This document shows, one piece after another, positions 36,165 to 46,856 of a stretch of 64,000 bases of DNA (the stretch's first letter is position 1; each line of letters opens with the position of its first letter). Under the pieces are notes generated by a model. The model saw nothing but the letters and a program-made list of their open reading frames with translations. It was not told the DNA's origin and ran no database searches. This stretch comes from Candidatus Bathyarchaeota archaeon (lineage in GTDB: Archaea > Thermoproteota > Bathyarchaeia > Bathyarchaeales > Bathycorpusculaceae). The stretch covers positions 83,163 through 147,162 of the forward strand of contig CAVYXJ010000013.1 in the NCBI GenBank assembly GCA_963772455.1, in the 5' to 3' direction. Position numbers and translations under genes: made by a program.

Positions 36165-37628
36165 GTGCCAGATGTGATTTTAACCGCAGACAGAACATTA
36201 ATGAGCAATTATCATAGCAACGAATTTCTAGGATTCGGAACCTGCGCTCCCCCAAACTTTCTTCCAGAATGGCTCTACAGCTACCTTTTCTTTCCACCAA
36301 TAAAAACAACCAAGGGTCAACCCTTAACTGCCCCGTATGGTTTGAGAAAGACTGAAGCTCAACTTCTAAAAGAAGGTTTTACAGTTGAAACAATAAGCCC
36401 AAACCACATAGGAAACAGCCTGAAAGAAACAAAGGTGCTGGGCATTCATGCTATGGACCCTTTTGGTTTAGGTCCAGCTTCAACAACCCTCGCATTTATA
36501 TTCAAAAAAGAACCCTACCTTGCAAAACATTTTCAAGCATTACTAAAAAGCCCAGCTATTAAGAAGGCTAAACAAAACGGATTAAAAATCATTGTTGGTG
36601 GACCTGGCGCCTGGCAGTTTCAATATCGAGAGAACGCTACTAATGAGTTAGGTATTGACTGCATCGTTGAAGGGGAAGCAGAAAACATATTGGGAAAACT
36701 ATTCAGGTCAGCTATTGAAGGGCAAGAACTTCCCAGTCACTACGAAGTCGGCGTTGGTGAGGTTCCATGTTTGGAAGAAATCCCAGACATCGTTTCACCA
36801 TCTATTAACGGTTTAATTGAGATTGGAAGAGGCTGTTGTCGAGGATGCCAATTCTGCAACGTTACTCAAAGACCCTTAAGGTGGTACCCAATTGAAAAAA
36901 TAGATCGCGAATTAAACGTTAATCTTAATTCAGGAAAAGTATCTGCTGTTTGCCTCCATTCAGAAGATGTTATGCTTTATGGATCAAACAATACAACATC
37001 TAATTATGATAAACTTGTAGAATTGCACGAATTAGTTATGAAGAAAGTAGATAGCTTAAGCTGGAGCCATTGCTCGCTTGCAGCTGTTGCATCTTCACCT
37101 AAGCTTTTTTCGAAGTTATCAGAAATTATTTTGGAGAAACAGACTTGGTGGGGCGCCGAGGTAGGTATAGAAACTGGTTCTCCTGAAGTGGCTAAAAAAA
37201 TTATGCCTGCAAAGGCTCATCCATTTAAGGCTGAAGATTGGCATGACGTGGTCGTTAATGGAATGGGTTTAATGCATGATAACAAGTTGGTTCCTGCTTG
37301 TACCTTGATTGTCGGATTACCTGATGAACAAGAAGAAGATGTTATAAAAACAATGGATTTAGTTGCCGACTTAAAAGATATGCGAAGCCTTATTGTTCCC
37401 TTATTTTTCGTGCCTCTTGGAAAATTGAAGAGCGAAGACTGGTTTACAAATACTCAACTAAACAAGTTACACAAACAGCTTCTGTTACAATGTGTTGAAC
37501 ACGACTTTCACTGGGTTGATAACTTGCTTGACTGGACTTTTTCTGGCAAATGGTATTCTCGAATAATGAAGGATTTCTACAAGGGTTTCTCAGCTATTGC
37601 AAAGCATAAAGTTAGGCAAATAGAATAA
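36165..37628 (+). CDS. B12-binding-type radical SAM protein
   Basis: APYGLRK, IIVGGPGAWQ, EIGRGCCRGCQFC, GIETGS. Confidence 0.85.
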   Translation: MPDVILTADRTLMSNYHSNEFLGFGTCAPPNFLPEWLYSYLFFPPIKTTKGQPLTAPYGLRKTEAQLLKEGFTVETISPNHIGNSLKETKVLGIHAMDPFGLGPASTTLAFIFKKEPYLAKHFQALLKSPAIKKAKQNGLKIIVGGPGAWQFQYRENATNELGIDCIVEGEAENILGKLFRSAIEGQELPSHYEVGVGEVPCLEEIPDIVSPSINGLIEIGRGCCRGCQFCNVTQRPLRWYPIEKIDRELNVNLNSGKVSAVCLHSEDVMLYGSNNTTSNYDKLVELHELVMKKVDSLSWSHCSLAAVASSPKLFSKLSEIILEKQTWWGAEVGIETGSPEVAKKIMPAKAHPFKAEDWHDVVVNGMGLMHDNKLVPACTLIVGLPDEQEEDVIKTMDLVADLKDMRSLIVPLFFVPLGKLKSEDWFTNTQLNKLHKQLLLQCVEHDFHWVDNLLDWTFSGKWYSRIMKDFYKGFSAIAKHKVRQIE

Positions 37629-37695
37629 ACATTTTTAAAACAACTAAATTTAAATACTCTTGTTGAACTGAAAGAGGAAGAAGAACCAGTGGGTT

Positions 37696-37772
37696 GCCGC
37701 TGTTGCATAGCCCGGTAGTGCGACTGACTGTTAATCAGTAGGTCAAAGGTTCGAGTCCTTTCAGCGGCGCCA
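37696..37772 (+). tRNA. tRNA-Asn: tRNA-Asn(GTT), CCA encoded
   Basis: GCCGCTG/CAGCGGC acceptor, ACTGA-CTGTTAA-TCAGT anticodon arm, GTTCGAGTC. Confidence 0.95.
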
Positions 37773-38105
37773 ATCTCCATCTACTTTCATACTGAATTTA
37801 CCGCTTTTTTCCTTTTTATTTCAGATGTTTCAAAATATTTGCTACTAAAGCATTTTGTGGTGCAAGGTTAAAAATGGTTGTAGTCTAGTTTGGTCTAGGC
37901 TTCGATGGCGTTAACTCCATTTCACTTCTGACTTTCTTCAAAAACTTTGTTTTCTTTTGAAATTAGGTGTGAATAAGGTTGTTTTTTTTTAAATGGTCTG
38001 TTGCTTGTTGTAGTGGCGAGGCTACAGCACGACTTTATATCTTCAATCGTCACTCTTAATATTGATTAGATTCAGTTTTGAACTGTTCTAAAGAGGTGAA
38101 ATATT

Positions 38106-38420
38106 TTGAACAGAAAAATCTTCCATGGAGCCATTCTCGAAAGTATCCTACTCGACCTCATAAGCGAAACATCCGAACGCGGCCTACACGGCTACGCCAT
38201 CTTGAAGGCAGTGGATAAAAAATTCGGAATACACTTGGGCGCATCAACTATATACCCTGAACTTAAGCGTTTGGAGAAACATGGGCTTATTGGTTCAAGT
38301 TGGGAGTTCGTTCTGGGAAAAGCTCGAAGGCAATATCGAATTACGAGGAAAGGGAGGAGTCTGCTTATGGCATATTTTGTGGAGTTAAAAGCTGTTATCC
38401 CAGTTTTTGTTACCTGCTAA
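38106..38420 (+). CDS. PadR-family transcriptional regulator
   Basis: LHGYAIL..STIYPELKRLEKHGLI..W..RRQYRITRKG. Confidence 0.85.
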   Translation: MNRKIFHGAILESILLDLISETSERGLHGYAILKAVDKKFGIHLGASTIYPELKRLEKHGLIGSSWEFVLGKARRQYRITRKGRSLLMAYFVELKAVIPVFVTC

Positions 38421-38818
38421 ACTGAAGGCTGTTTAGTTGCATTGAATGAATAAGATTATCTGTTTCTAAATTTTGAAGATTTGCAGAAACATACTGTATG
38501 GAAACAGTTATGCGTTTTCGGCTAAAGATGCTTCTTATTTCGTTGTTTATTTTTGAATCGTTTATGCCTTTACTTGCATGCACAAAACGATGCTGATCAG
38601 GCGAAGAGTGACTGTTTGGTGTTAGGGTCATACATTCTGATGTTATGCTGTTTTATGAGGTCTGCTTTGACGATCAAGTTTTGGACTAGTTTGCGTAGAT
38701 GTTTTGCGGTTATGGATTTTGTTTTGCGTCTCATTTCGTCTCGGATTAGGGTGATTCGCCAATTAGTTCTTCGAGCGGCATTTTGAGTGTTCCTTTTCCT
38801 CTGCGCTATATGGAACAA
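38410..38818 (-). CDS. Hypothetical basic protein split by a +1 frameshift at ~38604
   Basis: Two overlapping short ORFs joinable by removing one T; no recognisable family. Confidence 0.35.
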
Positions 38819-38859
38819 AAAAGTTAAATTCTAAAAACACCTTGGTTGCATGATTTCAC

Positions 38860-39483
38860 ATGCCTTATTGCGAAAACTGTGGACACCAATTAAATCCAAA
38901 CGCTAATTTCTGCGGAAACTGCGGAAACCAACAAAAACAGCAAGTCCAACATTTTCCACCTCCCCCTCCACCACCTACATTTATGCCTCAAATTGAACAA
39001 GTCAAGACATTAAACTCAATTAGTCAAGTTGGCACTGAACAAATTTTAAGCTTTATTATTGCTCAAAAATCAAAGAGATTCGGAAATGCAGACTATTACA
39101 CGGGCATTCTAACTAATCAACAGCTAATTTTTGTTCCAATTACTAAAGAGATACTCAAAGAAATCTCTGAAATATCAAAGCAGCAGGCGAAAAGAAAACA
39201 AGGTCCAGAACCGATAACATATCCCTATCAACAAAGATACCTCTCAATGTCGCCTTCGGCAATATTGGCTAGTATTCCAGGTTGCATCGTAATTCAACAT
39301 AGTTCTATCCAGGAAGTCAACTTGGCAGTAGTTGGCTCGATTGGCGATGGATATTCAGATACCAATGAGTATGAATTGAAAATTACTTCTAGTTTGGGAA
39401 ATTATGTTTTTCAAATGACTAAAAGAGACGAATATGCTAGCAGGCTAAAGCAAATCTACCAAAATAAGTTAAGATTGCGGTAA
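38860..39483 (+). CDS. Zinc-ribbon domain protein with poly-Pro linker
   Basis: YCENCGHQLNPNANFCGNCG; PPPPPPP; C-terminal PH-like beta domain. Confidence 0.75.
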   Translation: MPYCENCGHQLNPNANFCGNCGNQQKQQVQHFPPPPPPPTFMPQIEQVKTLNSISQVGTEQILSFIIAQKSKRFGNADYYTGILTNQQLIFVPITKEILKEISEISKQQAKRKQGPEPITYPYQQRYLSMSPSAILASIPGCIVIQHSSIQEVNLAVVGSIGDGYSDTNEYELKITSSLGNYVFQMTKRDEYASRLKQIYQNKLRLR

Positions 39484-39633
39484 GTCAAAAAAATTCTCGT
39501 TTGAGCCTTTAGATCTTAACCCGCAAAGTCCAGCTGCTATTCAAGAGGTTCAAAAATTTTTCTTAATTTTAGAACGAAATTTCTGCAATACGGTTATATA
39601 ATTGCGCAAGTTAGCTTCTTTGAGGTTGTTGTT

Positions 39634-40005
39634 TTGTCTGAAGTTACTTGGAATAAACCTGTCTTATGCATTTTTAAAGAACGTGACGTTAACCCTGAAG
39701 TTGATCCCTTCGTTGTTGTCAAAGCAAAAAAGCTAACGATAAATAAAAGCGCAGAAGCAAAGTATTCTGGCAGCATAACGGATTTTTTCACTCTAATGGG
39801 CGACGCTGACTACTTAACAACAAAAGAAGGTTTAGCTGATCACTATGTTATATGCTGGTTTGACGATACCGAGCCCGATACAACTAAAGATTTGAGGCGA
39901 ATGAGGGGTGTCTCGTTCAAAGCCAAAGCCACCTGCGTAATAAATGAAAGCGGAAAAAGAACATATAATGCTACTTTTAACGCTGTGCATGCTAAACTTA
40001 AATGA
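39634..40005 (+). CDS. Hypothetical protein
   Basis: 123-aa ORF with normal composition; start uncertain. Confidence 0.6.
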   Translation: MSEVTWNKPVLCIFKERDVNPEVDPFVVVKAKKLTINKSAEAKYSGSITDFFTLMGDADYLTTKEGLADHYVICWFDDTEPDTTKDLRRMRGVSFKAKATCVINESGKRTYNATFNAVHAKLK

Positions 40006-40165
40006 CTAATTTTTATTCACCTAACTTTATTAGGTAACCAATTACCGTTCTTTTACAATTACAATTTAACATCCTAACTGATGAGTTAATGGTGAATTTT
40101 ACAAAGTTTTTTAACCTACTCTTAAATATAACAGGATAAATTTCTATTGGGTAAGGTTGTAGGCC

Positions 40166-40567
40166 ATGGTGGAGCAAATATTAAGTGCTACTCTAATCAC
40201 TGGTAGAACGATAGATCAAGGCGTAGGAAAAGAGATGGGGAAAGGCTCCAAAGAATACTTTGATAGTAGTTCAGTTTGCTTCATAGATAAATCTGACATG
40301 CTAAAACTTGGTATAAAAAGCGGAACAAATGTTCAAGTGACCTCTAAGTACGGTTCTGTCATCGTTAAAGCAGTAAAATTTCCAAGCGGAATCACACCTG
40401 GAATGGTTTTTATACCATGCGGTTTGTGGGCAAATGCAATATGTGGCGACGAAACTTTCGGAATGGGCATGCCTATTTTTAAGGGGTTTCCAGTTGAAGT
40501 CAAAGCTGCCCCAAATGAAGCTGTCTTAACCCTTGATGAGCTTCTAATGAAAGAATATGGACGGTAA
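40166..40567 (+). CDS. fwdD: Formylmethanofuran dehydrogenase subunit D
   Basis: LITGRTIDQG, GMVFIPCGLWAN, GMPIFKG. Confidence 0.9.
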   Translation: MVEQILSATLITGRTIDQGVGKEMGKGSKEYFDSSSVCFIDKSDMLKLGIKSGTNVQVTSKYGSVIVKAVKFPSGITPGMVFIPCGLWANAICGDETFGMGMPIFKGFPVEVKAAPNEAVLTLDELLMKEYGR

Positions 40568-40572
40568 TTATT

Positions 40573-42132
40573 ATGAAAGAAATAAAATCCGTTGTTTGTC
40601 CAATATGCGGCTGCTTATGTGATGATTTGGAAGTTACTGTGGAAAATAACGAAATTGTAAAAATGAAAAATGGCTGTGCTCAATGTGAAGCCAAAATGGT
40701 TCACGGGTACAAAAGCGATGAAAGAATTCTAAAACCAATGATAAGAAAAGACGGCAAGTTAGTTCCTGTTTCCATGGATGAAGCCGTTCACAAAGCAGCT
40801 CAAATTCTCACCGACGCAAAGTATCCACTTCTATTCGGCTGGAGCAGCTCAACTAGCGAAGCGCAGCGAGTGGGTGTAGAATTAGCTGAAGAATTAGGCT
40901 CAGCATTAGATAACTGCTGCAGCGTTTGTCATGGACCATCAGTTATGGCTGAACAAGAAATCGGTATCCCTTCATGTACTCTTGGACAAATTAGACACCG
41001 TGCAGACCTAGTAATTTACTGGGCATGCGACCCATGGGCTTCACACCCAAGACACCTTGAAAGATACACCAGTTTTACTGAAGGTCGCTTTGAAGGTAGC
41101 CAATGGAAAAATTACATGCAAAAGTTGAAGGGTGAGGCAAGCATGAAAAAGGTGGACGCTGCTTCAAAACTAATAACGGGCAGCACTATTCCTACTTTTC
41201 GTTCAAAGGCATGTGCTATCGATTCTCCCAACGCTCCACCTCAAACAATGCAGAAAGATGGACGTAAATTAATTGTTGTTGACGTAAGAAAAACAATAAC
41301 AGCAGAAGCAGCTGATTATTTCCTTCAGGTAGAACCAAACAAAGATTATGAAATACTAGACTCCATGAGATGTTTAATAGCTGACCAAGAACTGGATGTT
41401 GACAAGGTTGGTGGTGTTCCAGTTGAATATCTTAAAGAAGTTACAGACGCAATGGTAAATTGCGATTTTGGCGTCATTTTCTTTGGTCTAGGCTTAACTC
41501 AAAGCGCAGGCAGATTCAGAAACATTGAAATAGCAATCGCAATGACACGTGACCTTAACAGAAAAACCAAGTTCGTTATTTCACCCATGCGTGGACATTT
41601 CAACGTGACTGGTGCAAACATAGTTTTCGCTTGGCAAACAGGCTATCCATATGCACTTGATTTCTCACAAGGATATCCACAATACAACCCTGGAGAATTC
41701 ACAGCAATTGATTTACTCAATCGCGGCGACAACGATGCGACCCTAGTTATTTCCTCAGATCCAGGTGCAAACTTCCCAAAGGGAGCAATGCAAAAAATGA
41801 TGCAGCACCCGATAATCACAATCAACCCAGACATGAACGCAATCTCAAGACTTGGCGATGTAGTGTTTCCAACTCAGTGGTGCGGAATAGAATACGAGGG
41901 AACCGCTTACCGCATGGATCTAGTACCAATAATGCTCCATAAAGTTGTTGAGCCACCAAAAGGCATTCTAAACGACGAAGAACTATTAAAGAAAATACTA
42001 GACGAAGTTCGAGCAATCAAAGCTAAAAATCCAGAAACAGAAACTAAAGCCGAACTCAAAGCACGCAACAAACTAGCACCCAGGATCGAAATTAAACAAA
42101 GAAAGAAAACAAAAAAAGCAGAGGTTGCTTAA
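40573..42132 (+). CDS. fwdB: Formylmethanofuran dehydrogenase subunit B
   Basis: CPICGCLCDD, SVCHGPS (Cys ligand), RHRADLVIYW, PMRGHFNV. Confidence 0.92.
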   Translation: MKEIKSVVCPICGCLCDDLEVTVENNEIVKMKNGCAQCEAKMVHGYKSDERILKPMIRKDGKLVPVSMDEAVHKAAQILTDAKYPLLFGWSSSTSEAQRVGVELAEELGSALDNCCSVCHGPSVMAEQEIGIPSCTLGQIRHRADLVIYWACDPWASHPRHLERYTSFTEGRFEGSQWKNYMQKLKGEASMKKVDAASKLITGSTIPTFRSKACAIDSPNAPPQTMQKDGRKLIVVDVRKTITAEAADYFLQVEPNKDYEILDSMRCLIADQELDVDKVGGVPVEYLKEVTDAMVNCDFGVIFFGLGLTQSAGRFRNIEIAIAMTRDLNRKTKFVISPMRGHFNVTGANIVFAWQTGYPYALDFSQGYPQYNPGEFTAIDLLNRGDNDATLVISSDPGANFPKGAMQKMMQHPIITINPDMNAISRLGDVVFPTQWCGIEYEGTAYRMDLVPIMLHKVVEPPKGILNDEELLKKILDEVRAIKAKNPETETKAELKARNKLAPRIEIKQRKKTKKAEVA

Positions 42133-43830
42133 ATGACTGAACTACTAATAAAAAACGGCTTCGTCTTTGACCCTATTAACAAGATTAACGGGGAAAAAAT
42201 GGACATAGCCATCAAAGACGGCAAAATCGTCCAAAAAGTCAAAAGCAAAGCCCAAGTAATTGATGCCTCAGGCTTGACTGTCATGCCGGGCGGCGTTGAC
42301 ATTCATACCCACATTGCAGGTGGGGAAGTTAACACCGGCAGAATAATTCGCCCAGATGACCATATAAAAGACGTGGAGCGCAAAACAGTCATGACTCGCA
42401 GCGGCACAGGCTACTCAATTCCCTCCACTTTTACAACTGGTTACCGTTATTCTCGTATGGGATATACAACCGTTATGAATCCATCAATGGCTCCACTCCA
42501 AGCTAAACATACCCATGAAGAATTAAATGACATACCATTGCTAGACAAAGCTACTTACCCGCTTCTTGGCGACTGGTGGTTTGTTTTAGAAAACCTAGCA
42601 AAAGGCAAAATTGAAGAATGCGCTAAACATGTCGCTTGGATGCTAGATATAACCAAAGGGTACGCAATAAAAATAGTTAATCCCGGAGGCTTGGAATCTT
42701 GGGGTTTTGGACACAACGTCCACAGCATCGACGATCAAGTGCCTAACTTCTGCATTACCCCACGCGAAATCATAACAGGCTTAGCCAGAGTTAACGCTAT
42801 GCTCAACCTGCCTCATTCTATACATCTTCACACCAACAACCTTGGATTACCAGGCAACTACACAACTACCCTAGAATCAATGAAGGCACTAGAAAGTGTA
42901 CCTTACAACGGTAAACCAGTTGGCCATATTACCCACTTGCAATTCGCTAGTTTTGCTGGCGATGGCTGGGCACACTTCCAATCAGCCTCAGAAGAAATCT
43001 CAAGTTACATCAACGCCCACAACCACTTGACTTTTGACATGGGACAAATAATATTCACAGACACAACAACTATGACTGCTGATGGACCCTTCGAATTTTC
43101 ACTCTACGAGTTAGGCGGCCATAACAAATGGGTTAACAGCGACATTGAAACCGAAACCAGTGGAGGAATAATACCCTTCACATACAAGAAAAAAAGCCCA
43201 GTTAACGCTTTACAATGGTCCATCGGGTTAGAATTAGCCTTACTCATAAAAGACCCATGGAAAATGTTCATGTCGACCGACCACCCCAACGCTGGACCTT
43301 TCTTTGCCTACCCAAGAGTACTCGCTTGGCTCTACAGCAAGAAAGCACGCGAAATAACTCTGAAACACTGTCACAAGAAAGCTCAGAAAAAGAGTTTGCT
43401 TCCATCAATCGATCGTGAAATGTCACTATATGAAATAGCAATTATGACCCGTGCAGGACAAGCCAAAGCCTTGGGACTCACCAACAAGGGTCAACTCGGC
43501 GTAGGTGCAGACGCAGATGTTGCGATCTATAACATTAACCCCGAAAAACTCGACATAGCTCAACAGTTCAAGGTTGCACGCAAAGCCTTCAAACACGCAA
43601 CTTACACAATTAAAGATGGCACAATCGTCGTTAAAGACGGCGAAGTAGTAAACAACCAAACGCCGGGTAGAACCATGTGGCTTGATGTGCAAACAAAGGA
43701 TCCATGTGTGATTGACGATGAAATGAAACGCAAATTCAAACAATACTGGACAGTTGAATATGACAATTACCCAGTGTTCGAGCATTACCTCCATGTTCCA
43801 CAGAAACTAACCGTAAAGGCAAGTGTCTAA
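42133..43830 (+). CDS. fwdA: Formylmethanofuran dehydrogenase subunit A
   Basis: GGVDIHTHIAG, IHLHTNNLG, STDHPNAGPF. Confidence 0.95.
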   Translation: MTELLIKNGFVFDPINKINGEKMDIAIKDGKIVQKVKSKAQVIDASGLTVMPGGVDIHTHIAGGEVNTGRIIRPDDHIKDVERKTVMTRSGTGYSIPSTFTTGYRYSRMGYTTVMNPSMAPLQAKHTHEELNDIPLLDKATYPLLGDWWFVLENLAKGKIEECAKHVAWMLDITKGYAIKIVNPGGLESWGFGHNVHSIDDQVPNFCITPREIITGLARVNAMLNLPHSIHLHTNNLGLPGNYTTTLESMKALESVPYNGKPVGHITHLQFASFAGDGWAHFQSASEEISSYINAHNHLTFDMGQIIFTDTTTMTADGPFEFSLYELGGHNKWVNSDIETETSGGIIPFTYKKKSPVNALQWSIGLELALLIKDPWKMFMSTDHPNAGPFFAYPRVLAWLYSKKAREITLKHCHKKAQKKSLLPSIDREMSLYEIAIMTRAGQAKALGLTNKGQLGVGADADVAIYNINPEKLDIAQQFKVARKAFKHATYTIKDGTIVVKDGEVVNNQTPGRTMWLDVQTKDPCVIDDEMKRKFKQYWTVEYDNYPVFEHYLHVPQKLTVKASV

Positions 43831-43831
43831 A

Positions 43832-44644
43832 ATGATAATTCTAATACCAAAACGAAAATTTGAGGTTCCCGTTCAAGCAGCTTGCATTAGCCCAGATGTA
43901 TTCAGGGGTAAAGATATTGCTGAAATAGCAAACATGCCTATAACCGAAGGAAATCGTAACTTAAAACTTGGCGACCTCTTCGAAATCCAAGAAGACAAAC
44001 TTGAAACACCATTCATCACCATTAATGGCGATGTTAGCAAAGTCAAACGAATCGGTTCAGCAATGAAAACTGGTGAAATTCTCGTCAACGGTGATGTAGG
44101 AATGCATACAGGGGAAAAAATGTCTGGAGGCAAAATCATAGTAAACGGTAACATTGGCGGTTGGTCGGGCAATGACATGAAAGGTGGTCTAATCGAAGTG
44201 CATGGAGATGCAGGCGACTACTTAGCTTCCCCATACCGTGGCACTAGTACAGGTATGAAAGGAGGCGTAATAATTGTTGACGGCAAAGTTGGAAGCGACT
44301 CAGGATGCTACTTGCACGGTGGCGTTCTCAAAATCAAGGGTGGAGCAGGTAGGTTCTTGGGTTACCATATGAGTGACGGGGTAATCTTGGTTGATAAGGC
44401 AGTTGATATTCGTCCTGGTGCATGTATGACTGGTGGCAAAATCGTTATCACAGGCACAGTTGACGAAGTAATGCCAACTTTCACGATCGACAGCGTTAAA
44501 CCTAAAGTCAAAATTGACGATACAACATCAGCGGCGGGACCATTCTATGTGTTCCTAGGTGACTTAGCTGAACATGGCACAGGCAAAATATTCGTTTCAA
44601 AAGCCAACAATCCACAAATGAAATTCTACGAAAAATACCTTTGA
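43832..44644 (+). CDS. fwdC: Formylmethanofuran dehydrogenase subunit C
   Basis: GxGxxMxGG beta-helix repeats, ASPYRG..GMKGG, GDLAEHGTG. Confidence 0.92.
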   Translation: MIILIPKRKFEVPVQAACISPDVFRGKDIAEIANMPITEGNRNLKLGDLFEIQEDKLETPFITINGDVSKVKRIGSAMKTGEILVNGDVGMHTGEKMSGGKIIVNGNIGGWSGNDMKGGLIEVHGDAGDYLASPYRGTSTGMKGGVIIVDGKVGSDSGCYLHGGVLKIKGGAGRFLGYHMSDGVILVDKAVDIRPGACMTGGKIVITGTVDEVMPTFTIDSVKPKVKIDDTTSAAGPFYVFLGDLAEHGTGKIFVSKANNPQMKFYEKYL

Positions 44645-44734
44645 ATAGGCTACTAAAGAATTAGCCTTTTCTTTTATTTTACTTCATTTTCAAAGCCCAA
44701 TTATCCCGATGAATTGATCAGTCAAGTGCTAACT

Positions 44735-44761
44735 TAGCCGAATGCCTTATGAAGTCGGCTA
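44735..44761. repeat. Inverted repeat (7-bp stem, 13-nt loop) between fwdC and fdhD
   Basis: TAGCCGA..TCGGCTA. Confidence 0.4.
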
Positions 44762-44783
44762 GATTCAAAACTCACTAAGCAGA

Positions 44784-45578
44784 GTGAATGTTATGCGCCA
44801 AGTTGACATGACTAGGCTTGACTTATCCACGGGAAAAGCAGAAAAAACAACTGATTACGTGGCTGAAGAGGTTCCCCTACAAATCACCATAAACTCAGCC
44901 TATGCTTTTGTCATTTGGTGTTCTCCCTCACAATTCAAAGAACTCGCAGTCGGCTACTTGCTATCTGAGGATATTCTTAGTTCTGTTGATGAAATCCAAG
45001 AGTTAATCTCTAACGAAGCAAAGAATAGTTGCCAAATTACGATAAAGGCATGTGTGGATTTGGATGAACGAATGAAAAATATGCGGCAAAGTACACGCAT
45101 AATTCCCCTTATAAAAGCAAGCACATCACCCTATCAACATGACCAGAAAATTCCCACGGTAAAATCCAAACTCACAATTAAAGCACAAACCATACTTGAC
45201 GCAATCGACCAAATCAACAACTTAGCAAAGGGATTCAAAGAAACAGGTGGACTACACGACTCAGCCATCTTCCAAGCAGACGGCAAAATGGTGGCTTTCT
45301 CAGAAGATGTCGGCAGACATAACACTGTTGACAAAGTCATAGGTGCGGCTTCGCTATCAAAAGCTGATTTTAACCAAAGCTTCATGATAATCACAGGGCG
45401 AGTACCGGGCGATATGATTTATAAAGCTGCAAAAGTTGGTTTACCCATAGTTGCTTCAGTAGCAGCGGTTCTCAACTCAGGAATTTCTTCGGCCAAAAAA
45501 GCCAATATCACTTTGATTGGATTTGTACGTGGAAAACGAATGAATATTTACACTTGCGCAGAAAGGATTACTTGGTAG
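44784..45578 (+). CDS. fdhD: Formate dehydrogenase accessory sulfurtransferase
   Basis: VAEEVPL, TGGLHDSA, EDVGRHNTVDK, TGRVPGDM. Confidence 0.9.
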   Translation: MNVMRQVDMTRLDLSTGKAEKTTDYVAEEVPLQITINSAYAFVIWCSPSQFKELAVGYLLSEDILSSVDEIQELISNEAKNSCQITIKACVDLDERMKNMRQSTRIIPLIKASTSPYQHDQKIPTVKSKLTIKAQTILDAIDQINNLAKGFKETGGLHDSAIFQADGKMVAFSEDVGRHNTVDKVIGAASLSKADFNQSFMIITGRVPGDMIYKAAKVGLPIVASVAAVLNSGISSAKKANITLIGFVRGKRMNIYTCAERITW

Positions 45579-46856
45579 GTGCCTGCAGTGAATAGACCTG
45601 ACATTAAAAGATTGCCAAAACGCTCAAACCCAATGGATGCACAAAAGCAACTTCTTGACGCCGTCCACTCAAACTTAAATCCGAGCGAAATGGTGCAGTT
45701 GCAGAAAGCTTTAGGCAGAGTTTTAGCTCAAGATGCTATTTCAACTGTTAACATTCCTAACTACGACAAAACTTTCATTGACGGCTACGCAATCAACTCG
45801 CAAGATACTAAGGCAGCCTCAACTACAAAACCTGCAGCCTTCAAAGTTGTCGGAAAATTATTTCCAGCAGATTACCCAACCGCATTTGAAGCTGCTCATG
45901 GTGAAGCAGTTTATGTTGCATGTGGAGCTCCAATACCCAAAGGTGCGGATTCAACAGTAAAAGTTGAGGAAACAAGGTTAAACGGCGACAAAATCGAAGT
46001 TATTCGCGAAATCACTTCAGGCGAAGGCATAATACCGCTTGGAGACGACATGAAAAAAGGCGATTTAATTCTCAAGAAGGGGCAGGTCCTAAGACCGCAG
46101 GATATTGGGGTATTAGCTTCACTGGGGATGATCATTGCTGAAGTTGCTAAAAAGCCAAAAATCGCCATTATTTCGGGCGGAGACGAACTGATCAAGCAAG
46201 CCAGCAAAGACCCAGCCAAAATCGCCAATAATTATGCCCTTGTTGTTGCTGGTTTGGCTTCCGAATTAGGGGCTGAAGCGGAAATGGTTGGGATAATGGC
46301 CGATGATTTTGAAAAAGTTACTGCAAAAATCGCTGAAGAGATTGCGGATTCAGATATCGTGGTTACAATAGGCGGGACATCAGTTGGGGTGAAAGATTTT
46401 GTTCCTGATGCTGTCAATGCGCTTGGCGATCCTGGAGTGGTTGTTCAAGGTGTTTCGTTAAGGCCAGGTGCAGTTTCAGGCTTCGGAATAGTCTGTGGCA
46501 AGCCGGTGATTATGTTGCCCGGGCATATTGGTTCTTGTATAGCTGGGTTCTACCTTTTTGTCGCGCCCTTAATTAGCCACTACCTCGGGGATAACGGCGA
46601 TGGTGTGCTTCCAAAACTGAGCGCTGAGTTAGCTGAAGATCTGGAGACTGGTCCACAATTTCGATTCCAACTCACCCACCTAAAACAGTTTGAGGGCAAA
46701 CTGTTAGCTGAACAAGTTGAAGGCGGATCAAGCGCATTAACAACTATCGTCAAATCAAACGGTTATACTATAGTGCCGCCGCATACGAGACTCGCGAAAG
46801 GGAGTCGCGTAGAAGTTTACTTATTTGGCAAACTGGAACTTACTCAAATCATTTAA
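45579..46856 (+). CDS. moeA: Molybdopterin molybdenumtransferase
   Basis: ALGRVLAQD, IDGYAI, GGTSVG..DFV, LRPG, LPGH. Confidence 0.88.
   Translation: MPAVNRPDIKRLPKRSNPMDAQKQLLDAVHSNLNPSEMVQLQKALGRVLAQDAISTVNIPNYDKTFIDGYAINSQDTKAASTTKPAAFKVVGKLFPADYPTAFEAAHGEAVYVACGAPIPKGADSTVKVEETRLNGDKIEVIREITSGEGIIPLGDDMKKGDLILKKGQVLRPQDIGVLASLGMIIAEVAKKPKIAIISGGDELIKQASKDPAKIANNYALVVAGLASELGAEAEMVGIMADDFEKVTAKIAEEIADSDIVVTIGGTSVGVKDFVPDAVNALGDPGVVVQGVSLRPGAVSGFGIVCGKPVIMLPGHIGSCIAGFYLFVAPLISHYLGDNGDGVLPKLSAELAEDLETGPQFRFQLTHLKQFEGKLLAEQVEGGSSALTTIVKSNGYTIVPPHTRLAKGSRVEVYLFGKLELTQII

Noticed and set aside
44733-44746. CTTAGCCGAATGCC resembling an RNase P RNA conserved region
   Set aside because: The other RNase P regions are absent, the gap is only ~140 bp, and a simple hairpin explains it.
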